Assembly: GCA_002397465.1 (NCBI GenBank)
Contig: DHAP01000051.1
Coordinates: 104,770 to 168,769, forward strand
From: Bacillales bacterium UBA4951
GTDB lineage: Bacteria; Bacillota_I; Bacilli_A; RFN20; CAG-826
Direction: 5' to 3'
Length of the DNA: 64,000 nucleotides
Below the pieces are notes generated by a model. That model was given only the letters and a program-made list of their open reading frames with translations. It was not told the origin of the DNA and did no database searches. Numbering within the stretch: the first letter of the stretch is position 1; each line of letters starts with the position of its first letter. Both the position numbers and the translations under genes were made by a program. Positions 1 through 9,195 of the stretch are shown here, in pieces.

Positions 1-438
1 ATCAATCTTCTGAGCGGCGGAGGACATGCCTTTGCCGGTGGCGTCTCCATCAAAAAGAGCGATTTCGAGTCCTTCAAGAAAGAATTCATTTTCGCCGCTT
101 TGAAACATAAATTCTCTCCTGGCAAAAAGAAACTGATACCGCTGAATCTCTCAGAAGCCACGATGGAAAACGCCAATCTTGTGGCTACTTTCTCGCCTTT
201 TGGCCAGGAATGGGGAGCCCCAAGTTTCTTGCTCAGCAAACTCGACAGCAAAGAGTTCACCTATACCTCCAACGGCAAGTATCTTTCATACCGGCTTCCG
301 AATGGGGTGAGACTCTTTTCCTTCTCGATTTCCGAAGACTCTTTCATCAACGACGAGAAGGTCGATCTCGCGGTCAGCTTCTCGCCTAACGAATTTAAGG
401 GGCGGATGTATCTCGACCTCTTGGCCGAAAAAGCCTAA
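1..438 (+). CDS. recJ: Single-stranded-DNA exonuclease RecJ, C-terminal fragment (5' end outside window)
   Basis: Frame 1 is open from nt 1 (INLLSGGGHAFAGGVSIKK...). GGGHxxAxG resembles the RecJ DHHA1-domain signature. It lies directly upstream of rel, as in Bacillota recJ-relA synteny. The ORF-track start at 100 (TTG) is a window-edge artefact. Confidence 0.65.
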   Translation: MNLLSGGGHAFAGGVSIKKSDFESFKKEFIFAALKHKFSPGKKKLIPLNLSEATMENANLVATFSPFGQEWGAPSFLLSKLDSKEFTYTSNGKYLSYRLPNGVRLFSFSISEDSFINDEKVDLAVSFSPNEFKGRMYLDLLAEKA

Positions 439-498
439 AAGACTAGGCGGAGGCTTCTATTCTTAGCCTCTCTAAGCGTATAATGTGCCTATAAATAT

Positions 499-2754
499 AT
501 GGATAGCGACAACGAGAAGAAAAACAACGTCGAAGAAGCCCCCAAAAAGGTTCTTTTGCCTAATGGCGGCTACCCGATGCATTCCTTCGAACAGCTGAGG
601 GAACTTTATTTTACCTATATCAAAAACCCCAAAGACCGCCAAATGGTCGAGGACGCCTATAAATTAGCCGCCAAAAAGCATGCCGGAGTCTTAAGAAAAA
701 GCGGCGAGCCTTATATCCATCACCCCATCGAGGTGGCTTTTATTTTGGCTCAGCTTCAGTCAGGCCCGGAGACTCTCGCGGCCGGACTTTTGCATGATAC
801 CGTCGAAGACACCGACCTCACGATAGCCGACGTCAAAGCCCAATTCGGCGAAGACGTCGCCATGATCGTCGACTCCCTCACCAAGATCCAACGCATGAAG
901 CTGTCCCATCGGACTGAGCAGGATTTCGAGGCCGAGGATCACCGCAAGATCTTCTTAGGAATGGCCAAAGACGTCCGTGTCATCATCGTAAAACTTGCCG
1001 ACAGGCTCCATAACATGAGGACTTTGGAGGCTCTTTCCCCAGACCGCCAAAAGGCTTTGTCCAAAGAGACGCTCGATGTTTTCACTCCGATTGCCCATCG
1101 TCTAGGCATCTACACGATCCAAAGCGAACTTGAGGATCTTTCTTTGAAATACCTCGAGCCCGACAAATACAAAGAGATCCTTTCCTTGTTGAACGCGAGG
1201 GAGGCCAACCGCCAGGATTCCCTGAATGCCTTGAAGAAGCGTATAGCCGACATGCTTTTCGAGAAGAAAATACCTTTCAGAATCGAAAGCCGCGTCAAGA
1301 GCATTTATTCGATTTACCGCAAAATGTATCTCAAAAACTACAATTTTGATGAGATATATGACGTTTTGGCCGTCCGTATCATCACCGAGAGCGAGATGAA
1401 CTGCTACGAGATCCTTGGAATCATCCACGCGACATATAAGCCGATTCCGGGCCGTTTCAAAGACTACATTGCCATGCCTAAGCCCAATATGTACCAATCG
1501 CTCCACACGAGCATCGTTTCGGGCGATGGCAACATATACGAGGTGCAAATCAGGACCGAAGAGATGGACCAGATCGCCGAAAGCGGCATCGCGGCCCATT
1601 GGCGTTACAAAGAGGGCGAGGCCTACAACGCCAAGGAAGAGCAGCGGGACATCGAAGAAAAGCTTCACTGGTTCCGTGATTTCGTCAGCATGTCCGGCGA
1701 GCAAGAAGGGGACGCCAAAGACTACATGGAGGCCCTCTCCCAGGACATTTTCAACGCTAACGTCTACGTTTTCACGCCTTTGGGCAAGGTCATCGACCTT
1801 CCGAGTGGCGCCACGACGCTTGATTTCGCCTACAAGATTCACACAAAAGTCGGAGATTCCGCCGTCGGAGCGACGGTGAATGGGGTCCTCGTCCCTTTGA
1901 ACACAGTTTTAAAGACCGGCGATGTCTGTGAGATAAGAACCTCAAAGACCTCATTAGGCCCGAATGGTGGTTGGCTCGACATTGCCAAGACCGCCTCTGC
2001 CAAGGCCCATATCAAGAAGTTCCTCCAGAAGAAGAATTTCGATATGATGAAGGACGAACTAATAAGAAAGGGCCTCTCCAGCGCCGCCGAGAGTTTCGCC
2101 TCCCAGGGAATCGGCCAAGGAGAGATGGAGAAATACCTCAATACGCCAAAGGTTTTCAACGAATACCACGTTAACAACATGGATGAGCTTTATACGGCCA
2201 TCGCTAACAAAAAGCCCACTCCGGTCGCCATCATCGACTTCTTGCATCTCCGCAAAAAAGACACGACCATCAAGGTCGATCACCATAACAGCGATCTCGA
2301 TGACAAAAGCCCTGTCTACGTCAATGGCGGCGGCAACGTCAGAATCGAGTTGGCCAAATGCTGCACGCCGATACCTGGCGATGACATCGTCGGCTACATC
2401 ACCAAGGGCAAAGGCATCGTCGTTCATCGGGTCAATTGCCCGAACATGGCAAAGCCTGGGGCCAAAGCCCGACTGATACCGGTCTATTGGAAAGATGACC
2501 TTGGGATCTCGTCATATCCCGTCGACATTCAAGTCTACGCGAATGACCGAGTTGGCTTATTGGCTGACGTCATGGCCCACTTAGCTGGCAAAAACGTCAA
2601 TGTCAGCGACATCAAGGCCCATTTGATCAGCACGACGATGAACGATGTGGTGGATCTGAAGATATATGTCAGCGATTCAAAAACGCTCGAGGACGTCTTC
2701 GCGGATCTCAAGAGCGTCAAGGGGGTCTATGACTGTCAGAGGGTCATCCACTAA
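499..2754 (+). CDS. relA: Bifunctional (p)ppGpp synthetase/hydrolase Rel (RelA/SpoT family)
   Basis: 751 aa. HD hydrolase motif (HHPIEVA...LLHDTVEDT), synthetase core (YKPIPGRFKDYIAMPKPNMYQSLHT), TGS and C-terminal ACT-like regions. Confidence 0.95.
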   Translation: MDSDNEKKNNVEEAPKKVLLPNGGYPMHSFEQLRELYFTYIKNPKDRQMVEDAYKLAAKKHAGVLRKSGEPYIHHPIEVAFILAQLQSGPETLAAGLLHDTVEDTDLTIADVKAQFGEDVAMIVDSLTKIQRMKLSHRTEQDFEAEDHRKIFLGMAKDVRVIIVKLADRLHNMRTLEALSPDRQKALSKETLDVFTPIAHRLGIYTIQSELEDLSLKYLEPDKYKEILSLLNAREANRQDSLNALKKRIADMLFEKKIPFRIESRVKSIYSIYRKMYLKNYNFDEIYDVLAVRIITESEMNCYEILGIIHATYKPIPGRFKDYIAMPKPNMYQSLHTSIVSGDGNIYEVQIRTEEMDQIAESGIAAHWRYKEGEAYNAKEEQRDIEEKLHWFRDFVSMSGEQEGDAKDYMEALSQDIFNANVYVFTPLGKVIDLPSGATTLDFAYKIHTKVGDSAVGATVNGVLVPLNTVLKTGDVCEIRTSKTSLGPNGGWLDIAKTASAKAHIKKFLQKKNFDMMKDELIRKGLSSAAESFASQGIGQGEMEKYLNTPKVFNEYHVNNMDELYTAIANKKPTPVAIIDFLHLRKKDTTIKVDHHNSDLDDKSPVYVNGGGNVRIELAKCCTPIPGDDIVGYITKGKGIVVHRVNCPNMAKPGAKARLIPVYWKDDLGISSYPVDIQVYANDRVGLLADVMAHLAGKNVNVSDIKAHLISTTMNDVVDLKIYVSDSKTLEDVFADLKSVKGVYDCQRVIH

Positions 2755-2769
2755 AGAAGGAGAAACAAC

Positions 2770-4074
2770 ATGGAATATTCAACAATCAAAGGAACGCACG
2801 ACGTCTATGGCGAAGAAGCCAACGGAATGGAATATGTTTCCAACATCCTCAAGGCGACCGCCGAATTATACGGATATGGGGAAATAGTTACCCCGATTCT
2901 CGAATACACCGAGGTTTTCTCGAGGGGTACCGGCGAGAGCAGCGACATCGTGAGAAAAGAGATGTACACCTTCATGGACAAAGGCGACCGCAGCGTCACC
3001 ATGCGCCCTGAATTCACCGCCGGAGTCGTGAGGGCCATCGTGAGTGACAAGCTTTACGCCACCAACGACCTTCCTTTGAAGTTCTATTATTGCGGACCGG
3101 CTTTCCGTTACGAAAGGCCACAGCTCGGGAGATACCGCCAATTCAACCAGTTCGGCGTCGAGGAAGTCGGCTTAGACTCAGAAAGAGCCGATGCCGAGTG
3201 CATCATCATGGCCATGCAAGGCCTTTATATGCTCGGGTTCAAGAAGCTTTCGCTCAAGATCAACACGATAGGGGATGACGAATCGAGAAAGTCCTATCGT
3301 GAGGCTTTGAAAGGCTATTTTGCCTCTCATATCGACGAGATGTGCGATGACTGCCACGAAAGGCTCAAACTCAACCCGATGAGAATTCTCGACTGCAAGG
3401 TCGAAAACGATCAGAAGATCGCCAGCGGGGCCCCGAAGATGAATGACTATCTTTCCGATGCCTCTGACAAGCGCTTCTACAAAACGCTGAGCATCATCAA
3501 TGATTTCGGAATTGACTATGAGATAGACGATTCCTTGGTCAGAGGGCTTGATTACTATAGCGAAGTCGTCTTTGAGATCCACGCGATCAGCGATGAAGGA
3601 AAAGACTACGGCGCCATCTGCGGAGGCGGCCATTATGGCGGACTCGTCAAGCAACTAGGGGGACCTGATCTCCCCGGAGTCGGCTTCGCGATGGGCTTAG
3701 AGAGAATCTACTCGCTCATGAAAGACGATCACCTTCTTGATTCGCTTGAGAACGGGATTGACCTATACGTCATGCCAGTCGGCGAGGAAGTCCTCGATGA
3801 CGTCTTCGCTTTGACAGAGGAATGCCGTGGCTTAGGATATAGCTGCGAGACGCCTCTTAGCGCCCTCAAGATGGGCGCCATGTTCAAGAGAGCCGAAAAG
3901 AAAAACGCCAAATTCGCCTTGATAATGGGCGAGGATGAGCTTCAAAAAGGCGAAGCTCAGCTCAAAAACCTCAAAACAAAAGAACAAGTCACCATAAAAC
4001 TTGATCATCTTGAGGACGAATTGGACAAAGCCTTTGGAGAGAACGAGGAGCACCATCATCACGATGGCGAATGA
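2770..4074 (+). CDS. hisS: Histidyl-tRNA synthetase
   Basis: 434 aa class II aaRS with HisRS-typical motifs (MRPEFTAGVVR, FRYERPQLGRYRQFNQ). GAAGGAG SD upstream. Followed by aspS as in Bacillota. Confidence 0.95.
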   Translation: MEYSTIKGTHDVYGEEANGMEYVSNILKATAELYGYGEIVTPILEYTEVFSRGTGESSDIVRKEMYTFMDKGDRSVTMRPEFTAGVVRAIVSDKLYATNDLPLKFYYCGPAFRYERPQLGRYRQFNQFGVEEVGLDSERADAECIIMAMQGLYMLGFKKLSLKINTIGDDESRKSYREALKGYFASHIDEMCDDCHERLKLNPMRILDCKVENDQKIASGAPKMNDYLSDASDKRFYKTLSIINDFGIDYEIDDSLVRGLDYYSEVVFEIHAISDEGKDYGAICGGGHYGGLVKQLGGPDLPGVGFAMGLERIYSLMKDDHLLDSLENGIDLYVMPVGEEVLDDVFALTEECRGLGYSCETPLSALKMGAMFKRAEKKNAKFALIMGEDELQKGEAQLKNLKTKEQVTIKLDHLEDELDKAFGENEEHHHHDGE

Positions 4075-5810
4075 AAACCATGGAAAGAAGCAATTATTGC
4101 GGTGAGCTACGTCTAGAGGACGTTGGCAAAAAAGTTAGTTTGGTCGGATGGGTCGCCACAAGAAGAAACCTCGGTGCCATCGAGTTTATAGACTTAAGAG
4201 ACAACACGGGAATCGTCCAGCTCACGATCAAAGACTCTTCGAAAGTCCCGGATGTCAGGAGCGAATACGTCATTTCGGTCTCAGGGACCGTCAACAAGAA
4301 GGACGTCCCTAACCCAAAAATCAAAACCGGTGAGGTGGAGGTCATCGTCGAATCATTGACCCTTATCAACAAATCGGAGACGACTCCTTTCATCATCGCC
4401 GATAAAACCGACGCTTTGGAAGACACGAGACTTCAGTATCGCTATCTCGACCTCCGCCGCCCGACGATGCTCAACAATCTTCGCATCAGGGCCGAAGTCG
4501 TCCGTCTTACCCATGAGTATTTGGACAAAAACCGCTTTTTGGAAGTCGAGACGCCGATTCTTAACATCGCTACCCCAGAAGGAGCCAGGGACTATCTCGT
4601 CCCTTCGAGGCTTCATCATGGCTCATTCTACGCTTTGCCCCAATCCCCCCAGCTTTTCAAGCAGCTTTTGATGGTCGGAGGAATCGAGAGGTATTACCAG
4701 ATCGCCCGTTGTTTCCGCGATGAGGATCTTAGAGCCGACCGTCAGCCGGAATTCACCCAAATCGATGTCGAGATGTCCTTCATGGACCAAGACCAAATCC
4801 TGTCATTGGCCGAAGGCATGCTCAAAGATTATTTCAAGAATATCGTAAATTATGACTTGAAGCTTCCTTTAAGAAGGATGAATTATTGGGATGCCATGGA
4901 CAATTATGGCTCCGACAAGCCTGACACCCGCTACGAGCTTTATCTCCATGACGTGAGCGACATCCTCAAAGCCTCGAGCTTCCAGGGCTTCGCCGATGAC
5001 AAATACATCAAAGCCATCGTCATCCCGGGATACGCCAAGAAAACGAGCCGCAAAAACATCGATGAGCTCCAAGGCGAAGGCAAGAAGTTCAACCTTCATG
5101 CCATTTACTCACTGAAATTCGAAGAAGGGGCCCTCCAAGGCTCGTTCACGAAGTTCCTTGATGAAGAGACGATGAAACGCCTCATCGAGCGTCTAGGCCT
5201 CAAAGAAGACGATTTGCTTTTGTTCAGCGGATCGAAATACCGTCGCGACATCGACTTCGGCTTGGGCGCTTTAAGGACCCGCTACGCCAGAGAGATGGGT
5301 TTGATCGTTCCAGGGACCTATGACTTGCTATGGGTCGTCAACTTCCCGATGTTTGACAAAGTCGAGGGAACTGATAACCAGTACACGGCTGAGCATCACC
5401 CATTCACAAGGCCGCGCGATGAAGACCTCGCCAAACTGGACACGGATCCAGAATCGGTATTGGCCTATGCATATGACATCATCATCAACGGCTATGAGGC
5501 CGGCGGTGGAACCTTGAGAATCTACGATCACGACACCCAGTGGAAGATCTTCCGTCTTCTTGGACTCAGCGAAGAAGAAGTCGCCCATAAGTTCGGGTGG
5601 TTCATCGACGCCTTCAAGTATGGCGTTCCGCCTCATGGCGGATTTGCCCTCGGGCTTGAGAGAATCTGCATGATCCTGGCGGGCACCGACAACATCAGAG
5701 ACGTCGTTGCCTTCCCAAAGAACCTTCAGGCCACAGACCCGATGTCTCATGCTCCGACTGAGGTCAGCCAAGAAGCGCTAGACGCAGTGGCTGTCCAAAT
5801 CAAACAGTAA
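4071..5810 (+). CDS. aspS: Aspartyl-tRNA synthetase
   Basis: 579 aa. OB-fold N-terminus, class II motifs (FRDEDLRADRQPEFTQID, GGFALGLERI). The ATG overlaps the hisS TGA (ATGA). An alternative start at 4080 is possible. Confidence 0.95.
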   Translation: MKTMERSNYCGELRLEDVGKKVSLVGWVATRRNLGAIEFIDLRDNTGIVQLTIKDSSKVPDVRSEYVISVSGTVNKKDVPNPKIKTGEVEVIVESLTLINKSETTPFIIADKTDALEDTRLQYRYLDLRRPTMLNNLRIRAEVVRLTHEYLDKNRFLEVETPILNIATPEGARDYLVPSRLHHGSFYALPQSPQLFKQLLMVGGIERYYQIARCFRDEDLRADRQPEFTQIDVEMSFMDQDQILSLAEGMLKDYFKNIVNYDLKLPLRRMNYWDAMDNYGSDKPDTRYELYLHDVSDILKASSFQGFADDKYIKAIVIPGYAKKTSRKNIDELQGEGKKFNLHAIYSLKFEEGALQGSFTKFLDEETMKRLIERLGLKEDDLLLFSGSKYRRDIDFGLGALRTRYAREMGLIVPGTYDLLWVVNFPMFDKVEGTDNQYTAEHHPFTRPRDEDLAKLDTDPESVLAYAYDIIINGYEAGGGTLRIYDHDTQWKIFRLLGLSEEEVAHKFGWFIDAFKYGVPPHGGFALGLERICMILAGTDNIRDVVAFPKNLQATDPMSHAPTEVSQEALDAVAVQIKQ

Positions 5811-5812
5811 AC

Positions 5813-5832
5813 CATACTATAATTATAGTATG
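5813..5832. promoter_or_regulatory. 20-bp perfect palindrome CATACTATAATTATAGTATG containing a TATAAT on each strand, upstream of tkt
   Basis: Read directly. It lies 3 nt after the aspS stop and 48 nt before the tkt ATG. Candidate operator overlapping a -10, or a short AT-rich hairpin. Confidence 0.45.
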
Positions 5833-5879
5833 AGAAACTAATAAACCACTAAATAGCTACCAAGGAGGGTTAAGCAAAA

Positions 5880-7862
5880 ATGGAATTATTCAAGAAAGAG
5901 AATTCGCTCGACAAAGAAGCCGTTGCCGCTATTCGAAGCCTTTTGATCGACGAGATCAACAAAGCCAAGAGCGGACATCCAGGCATGGCCTTGGACATCG
6001 CGCCGGCCTTGTACGTTTTGTATAAGAACCATTTGATTGCCGACCCGAAAGATCCCAAATGGATCAACCGCGACCGTTTCGTTCTTTCAAGCGGCCACAA
6101 CTCCGCTCTTTTATACGCGATGCTCCACGTGGCTGGCTATGCCGTCAGCATGGACGACATCAAAAAGTTCCGTCAGCTCAATTCCATCACTCCAGGCCAT
6201 CCTGAAGTTGGCATGACTCCGGGCGTCGATGCGACTGCTGGGCCTTTGGGCCAAGGCGTCGCCCAGGCCGTTGGCATGGCCATGGCCGAAGAGGCCGTAA
6301 GGGCCTCTTATCCAGAAGGCGGTAAAATCATGTCCCATCGGACTTATTGCCTTTGCGGAGACGGATGCCTTGAAGAGGGCCTGAGCCAAGAAGCCATTTC
6401 CTTCGCTGGCAAACAGAAACTCGGAAAACTCATTTTGATATATGACGCCAATACATCGACCCTTGACGGGCCGACCTCCAATAGCATGGACGAAGACGTC
6501 AAAATGCGTTTTATGTCCGCACATTGGAACGTCTATGAGGTCAAAGACGGCAATGACTTAGCGGAAATCGACCATGCCATCAGCAAAGCCAAAGAGAAGA
6601 GCGATGCCCCATCCATGATCATGATTCACACGATCATCGGCTTTGGAAGCGCCCTTCAGGGATCCCATAAGACGCATGGCAACCCGCTTGGCGCCGAAGA
6701 CGGGGCCCACGCGAAATCCGTTTATGGCTTTGACTATCCCGACTTCACCATTCCTGACGAAGTCTACAAATTATTCAAAGACAGCTTTGCCGCCAGAGGA
6801 GAAAAAGCCCACGAGGAGTGGAATGCTGCTTTTGCCTCCTATGGCAAAGAACACGAGAAGGAAGCCAAGGTTTTCAAGGACGCCTTCGAAAGAAACCTCA
6901 AGGATTATCGTTTGCCGAAACCGTTGTTCGATCCTTCCACCAAAGAGGCCAGCCGTTCCACAAGCGGACGCATAGTGGCCAATCTTCCAAAGATCATCCC
7001 CTTCACCTTGGGCGGCTCGGCTGACGTGGCCGGCTCCGTCAAGACAGCGATCCCGGGCGATCCTGGATTCGACAAAGACCACAGAAACGCCAAGAACGTC
7101 AACTTCGGCATACGGGAATTTGCGATGGCTTCCATCCAAAACGGCATGCTCTTGCATGGCGGACTCGTTACATACGTCGGATGCTTCTTGATTTTCAGCG
7201 ATTACATGAAGAGCGCCATCAGGATGAGCTGCCTTGAAAAAGTTCCGGCCATCTATCTCTTCTCCCATGACTCGATCGCCGTTGGCGAAGACGGCGAGAC
7301 CCATCAGCCAATCGAGCAGCTTGCCGCCTTAAGGACGATTCCAGGCCTTAGGACCATTCGCCCAGCCGATGCCAAAGAGACGAGCGAGGCTTGGCAATTA
7401 GCCCTCGACAGCGTCTCTGAGCCGACCGCCATCATCCTTTCTAGACAAGACCTTCCGTTATTGGCTCATTCTTCCAGCGACGGCGTGGACAAAGGAGCCT
7501 ATGTCGTCTCTTCGTCCGAAAAGAAAGCCACGATCGAGCTCATTGCGACCGGAAGCGAGGTTTCTCTCGCCATCGACGTCCAGAAGCTTCTTGCCCTCAA
7601 AGGCATTGAGGCCGAAGTCGTTTCCATGCCCTGCGTCGAACTATTCGAAAAACAGAGCGAGGACTACAAGAAGTCCGTCTTGAGCCTCCCGAAGAGCCAA
7701 CGTTATTCGTTGGAGATGGCTTGCGGTGCCACTTGGTACAAATACGCCGATCACGTCATATCGCTTGACGAGTTCGGACGCAGCGCGCCAGAGGCTGATG
7801 TCATCGCCTATTTTGGCTGGACCAAAGAGGAAATCGCCAAGAGGATACTTGCCACTCTTTAA
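5880..7862 (+). CDS. tkt: Transketolase
   Basis: 660 aa. N-terminal TPP-binding signature (SGHPGMALDIAPALYVLY, GDGCLEEG). AAGGAGGG SD 8 nt upstream. Confidence 0.95.
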   Translation: MELFKKENSLDKEAVAAIRSLLIDEINKAKSGHPGMALDIAPALYVLYKNHLIADPKDPKWINRDRFVLSSGHNSALLYAMLHVAGYAVSMDDIKKFRQLNSITPGHPEVGMTPGVDATAGPLGQGVAQAVGMAMAEEAVRASYPEGGKIMSHRTYCLCGDGCLEEGLSQEAISFAGKQKLGKLILIYDANTSTLDGPTSNSMDEDVKMRFMSAHWNVYEVKDGNDLAEIDHAISKAKEKSDAPSMIMIHTIIGFGSALQGSHKTHGNPLGAEDGAHAKSVYGFDYPDFTIPDEVYKLFKDSFAARGEKAHEEWNAAFASYGKEHEKEAKVFKDAFERNLKDYRLPKPLFDPSTKEASRSTSGRIVANLPKIIPFTLGGSADVAGSVKTAIPGDPGFDKDHRNAKNVNFGIREFAMASIQNGMLLHGGLVTYVGCFLIFSDYMKSAIRMSCLEKVPAIYLFSHDSIAVGEDGETHQPIEQLAALRTIPGLRTIRPADAKETSEAWQLALDSVSEPTAIILSRQDLPLLAHSSSDGVDKGAYVVSSSEKKATIELIATGSEVSLAIDVQKLLALKGIEAEVVSMPCVELFEKQSEDYKKSVLSLPKSQRYSLEMACGATWYKYADHVISLDEFGRSAPEADVIAYFGWTKEEIAKRILATL

Positions 7863-7902
7863 TGGTGTTGCCCTTTTAGGGCGGCGAAAGTAAAATATAC
7901 GC

Positions 7903-8241
7903 ATGAAACGTGACTACTATTACCTTCATAATTACCAGTCCAAGGGCGCCATCGGCATCTCTCGCCACGCTTTTGAGACGATAGCTACCATCGCCGCCAA
8001 CCAAGTCAAAGGCGCCAGCGTCTCCACCAAAAAAGGACGTCTCTTCAATTTGGAGCATCCGGTGAAGGCCAGTTTTCGCAAAGACGGCAAGGTCGATTTC
8101 AACCTGGACGTCAACATCAAAAGCGGTGCCAACGTCAAGGATGTTTGCCTTCAGATCCAAGAAGGCGTGGCTTCGGCTATTACCATGATGTGTGAGACAG
8201 TTCCTTTCGGAATTGAAATAAAGGTGGTCTCCGTCAAATAA
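7903..8241 (+). CDS. Asp23/Gls24-family (alkaline shock protein-like) protein, YqhY-like
   Basis: 112 aa. GAIGISRHAFETIATIAANQVKG is typical of the Asp23 family. It lies upstream of nusB, as B. subtilis yqhY does. Confidence 0.7.
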   Translation: MKRDYYYLHNYQSKGAIGISRHAFETIATIAANQVKGASVSTKKGRLFNLEHPVKASFRKDGKVDFNLDVNIKSGANVKDVCLQIQEGVASAITMMCETVPFGIEIKVVSVK

Positions 8242-8256
8242 CGGAGGCCTTTTTTT
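8229..8256 (+). terminator. Hairpin (CTCCGT-6-ACGGAG) followed by a T7 run; terminator or attenuator between the Asp23-like gene and the next CDS
   Basis: The loop contains the stop codon of the upstream gene. The 3' arm overlaps the GGAGG SD of the 8257 CDS, and the T-run abuts its ATG. Confidence 0.4.
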
Positions 8257-8763
8257 ATGCCCTCTGGAACTAAGAATTCCTCAATGTTTGACAAGACGTT
8301 GGCACTTTATCAGAAGCTGTGCCTGTTTTTGCTATATCCGCCCTTGATATCTATGGTGACCTGCTTCATCGGGAGTTTCAATGATGGCTATGACTACTAT
8401 CTGAGTTTGGCCAGTGAGAGAAGCCTCATGATGTTCCTCAGAGAGAACCCCATAGGCTCTAACGTCTCCATGAGCATGCTTTTGGGTGACGTCGTCTCAA
8501 TCATCGTCTTGGCTTTGTTCGTCGTTTTGACTATCTATGCCAGCAAAGGGAAGGTTTACTGCCTTGCCATCGGGGCCGCCTTATATCTAGCCGACACCGT
8601 TTATCTATGTTTTTTGTGCGGTTCGTCCCTTCCGTATTCCATGGAAGCGGGCTCGTGGGGGCTTCAGTTTGCGCTCCATGTGATTTTCTTTCTTTTATAT
8701 GTGGCCTCTTTCTTCGTTTATGGTAAACTATTGCGTCTTCTGAAAGAAAACCGGGGACATTGA
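8257..8763 (+). CDS. Hypothetical integral membrane protein (about 4 TM segments)
   Basis: 168-aa ORF with four hydrophobic stretches and a GGAGG SD 9 nt upstream. No recognisable family. Confidence 0.5.
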   Translation: MPSGTKNSSMFDKTLALYQKLCLFLLYPPLISMVTCFIGSFNDGYDYYLSLASERSLMMFLRENPIGSNVSMSMLLGDVVSIIVLALFVVLTIYASKGKVYCLAIGAALYLADTVYLCFLCGSSLPYSMEAGSWGLQFALHVIFFLLYVASFFVYGKLLRLLKENRGH

Positions 8764-8766
8764 TCT

Positions 8767-9195
8767 ATGAAAAAAGAACTCACAAGAAACCAACTACAGG
8801 AAAAATCCCTCTTCGCCATCTACGCCATTTTGACTTATGCCGACATGAATGAGGAAGTGGACGTTAAGTCGCTTGTGAGCGGTCTTACCGAAGAAAACTA
8901 TGAGGATAGCGATCCTTATATCAAAGCCATCATCATCAATGTCATCAAACATATGGGAGAAATCATCCCAGTTTATAACAAAAACATGCGGAAATGGACT
9001 TTTGACCGACTGAACAGAGTCGAACAAGCCATTCTTTTGCTCAGCTACTGCCAATATTTCTACGTCGATAAGGACGTCGACAAAGGCGTCGTGATCGACG
9101 TTGCCGTCAAACTGGCCAAGACTTATCTTGACGCGACTGACTACAAGTTCGTCAACGCCATCTTGGACAAGGTGCTAACCCGTGAGAGTGCCTGA
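8767..9195 (+). CDS. nusB: Transcription antitermination factor NusB
   Basis: 142 aa. Size and position (Asp23-family gene, then nusB, then xseA) match the Bacillota operon. NusB-like helical sequence. Confidence 0.7.
   Translation: MKKELTRNQLQEKSLFAIYAILTYADMNEEVDVKSLVSGLTEENYEDSDPYIKAIIINVIKHMGEIIPVYNKNMRKWTFDRLNRVEQAILLLSYCQYFYVDKDVDKGVVIDVAVKLAKTYLDATDYKFVNAILDKVLTRESA

Noticed and set aside
1102-1842. Long antisense or out-of-frame ORFs inside well-supported genes. Examples are 1102-1842 (-) in rel, 3178-3654 (-) in hisS, 22353-22934 (+) in parC, 25673-26182 (+) in parE, 39422-40012 (+) in glyQS, 56192-56701 (+), 56870-57403 (+) and 61599-62057 (+).
   Set aside because: Each is fully contained in, and opposite to or out of frame with, a gene that has clear family motifs. 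They have low-complexity, Arg/Ser/Gly-rich composition typical of shadow ORFs at this GC content, and none has an SD.
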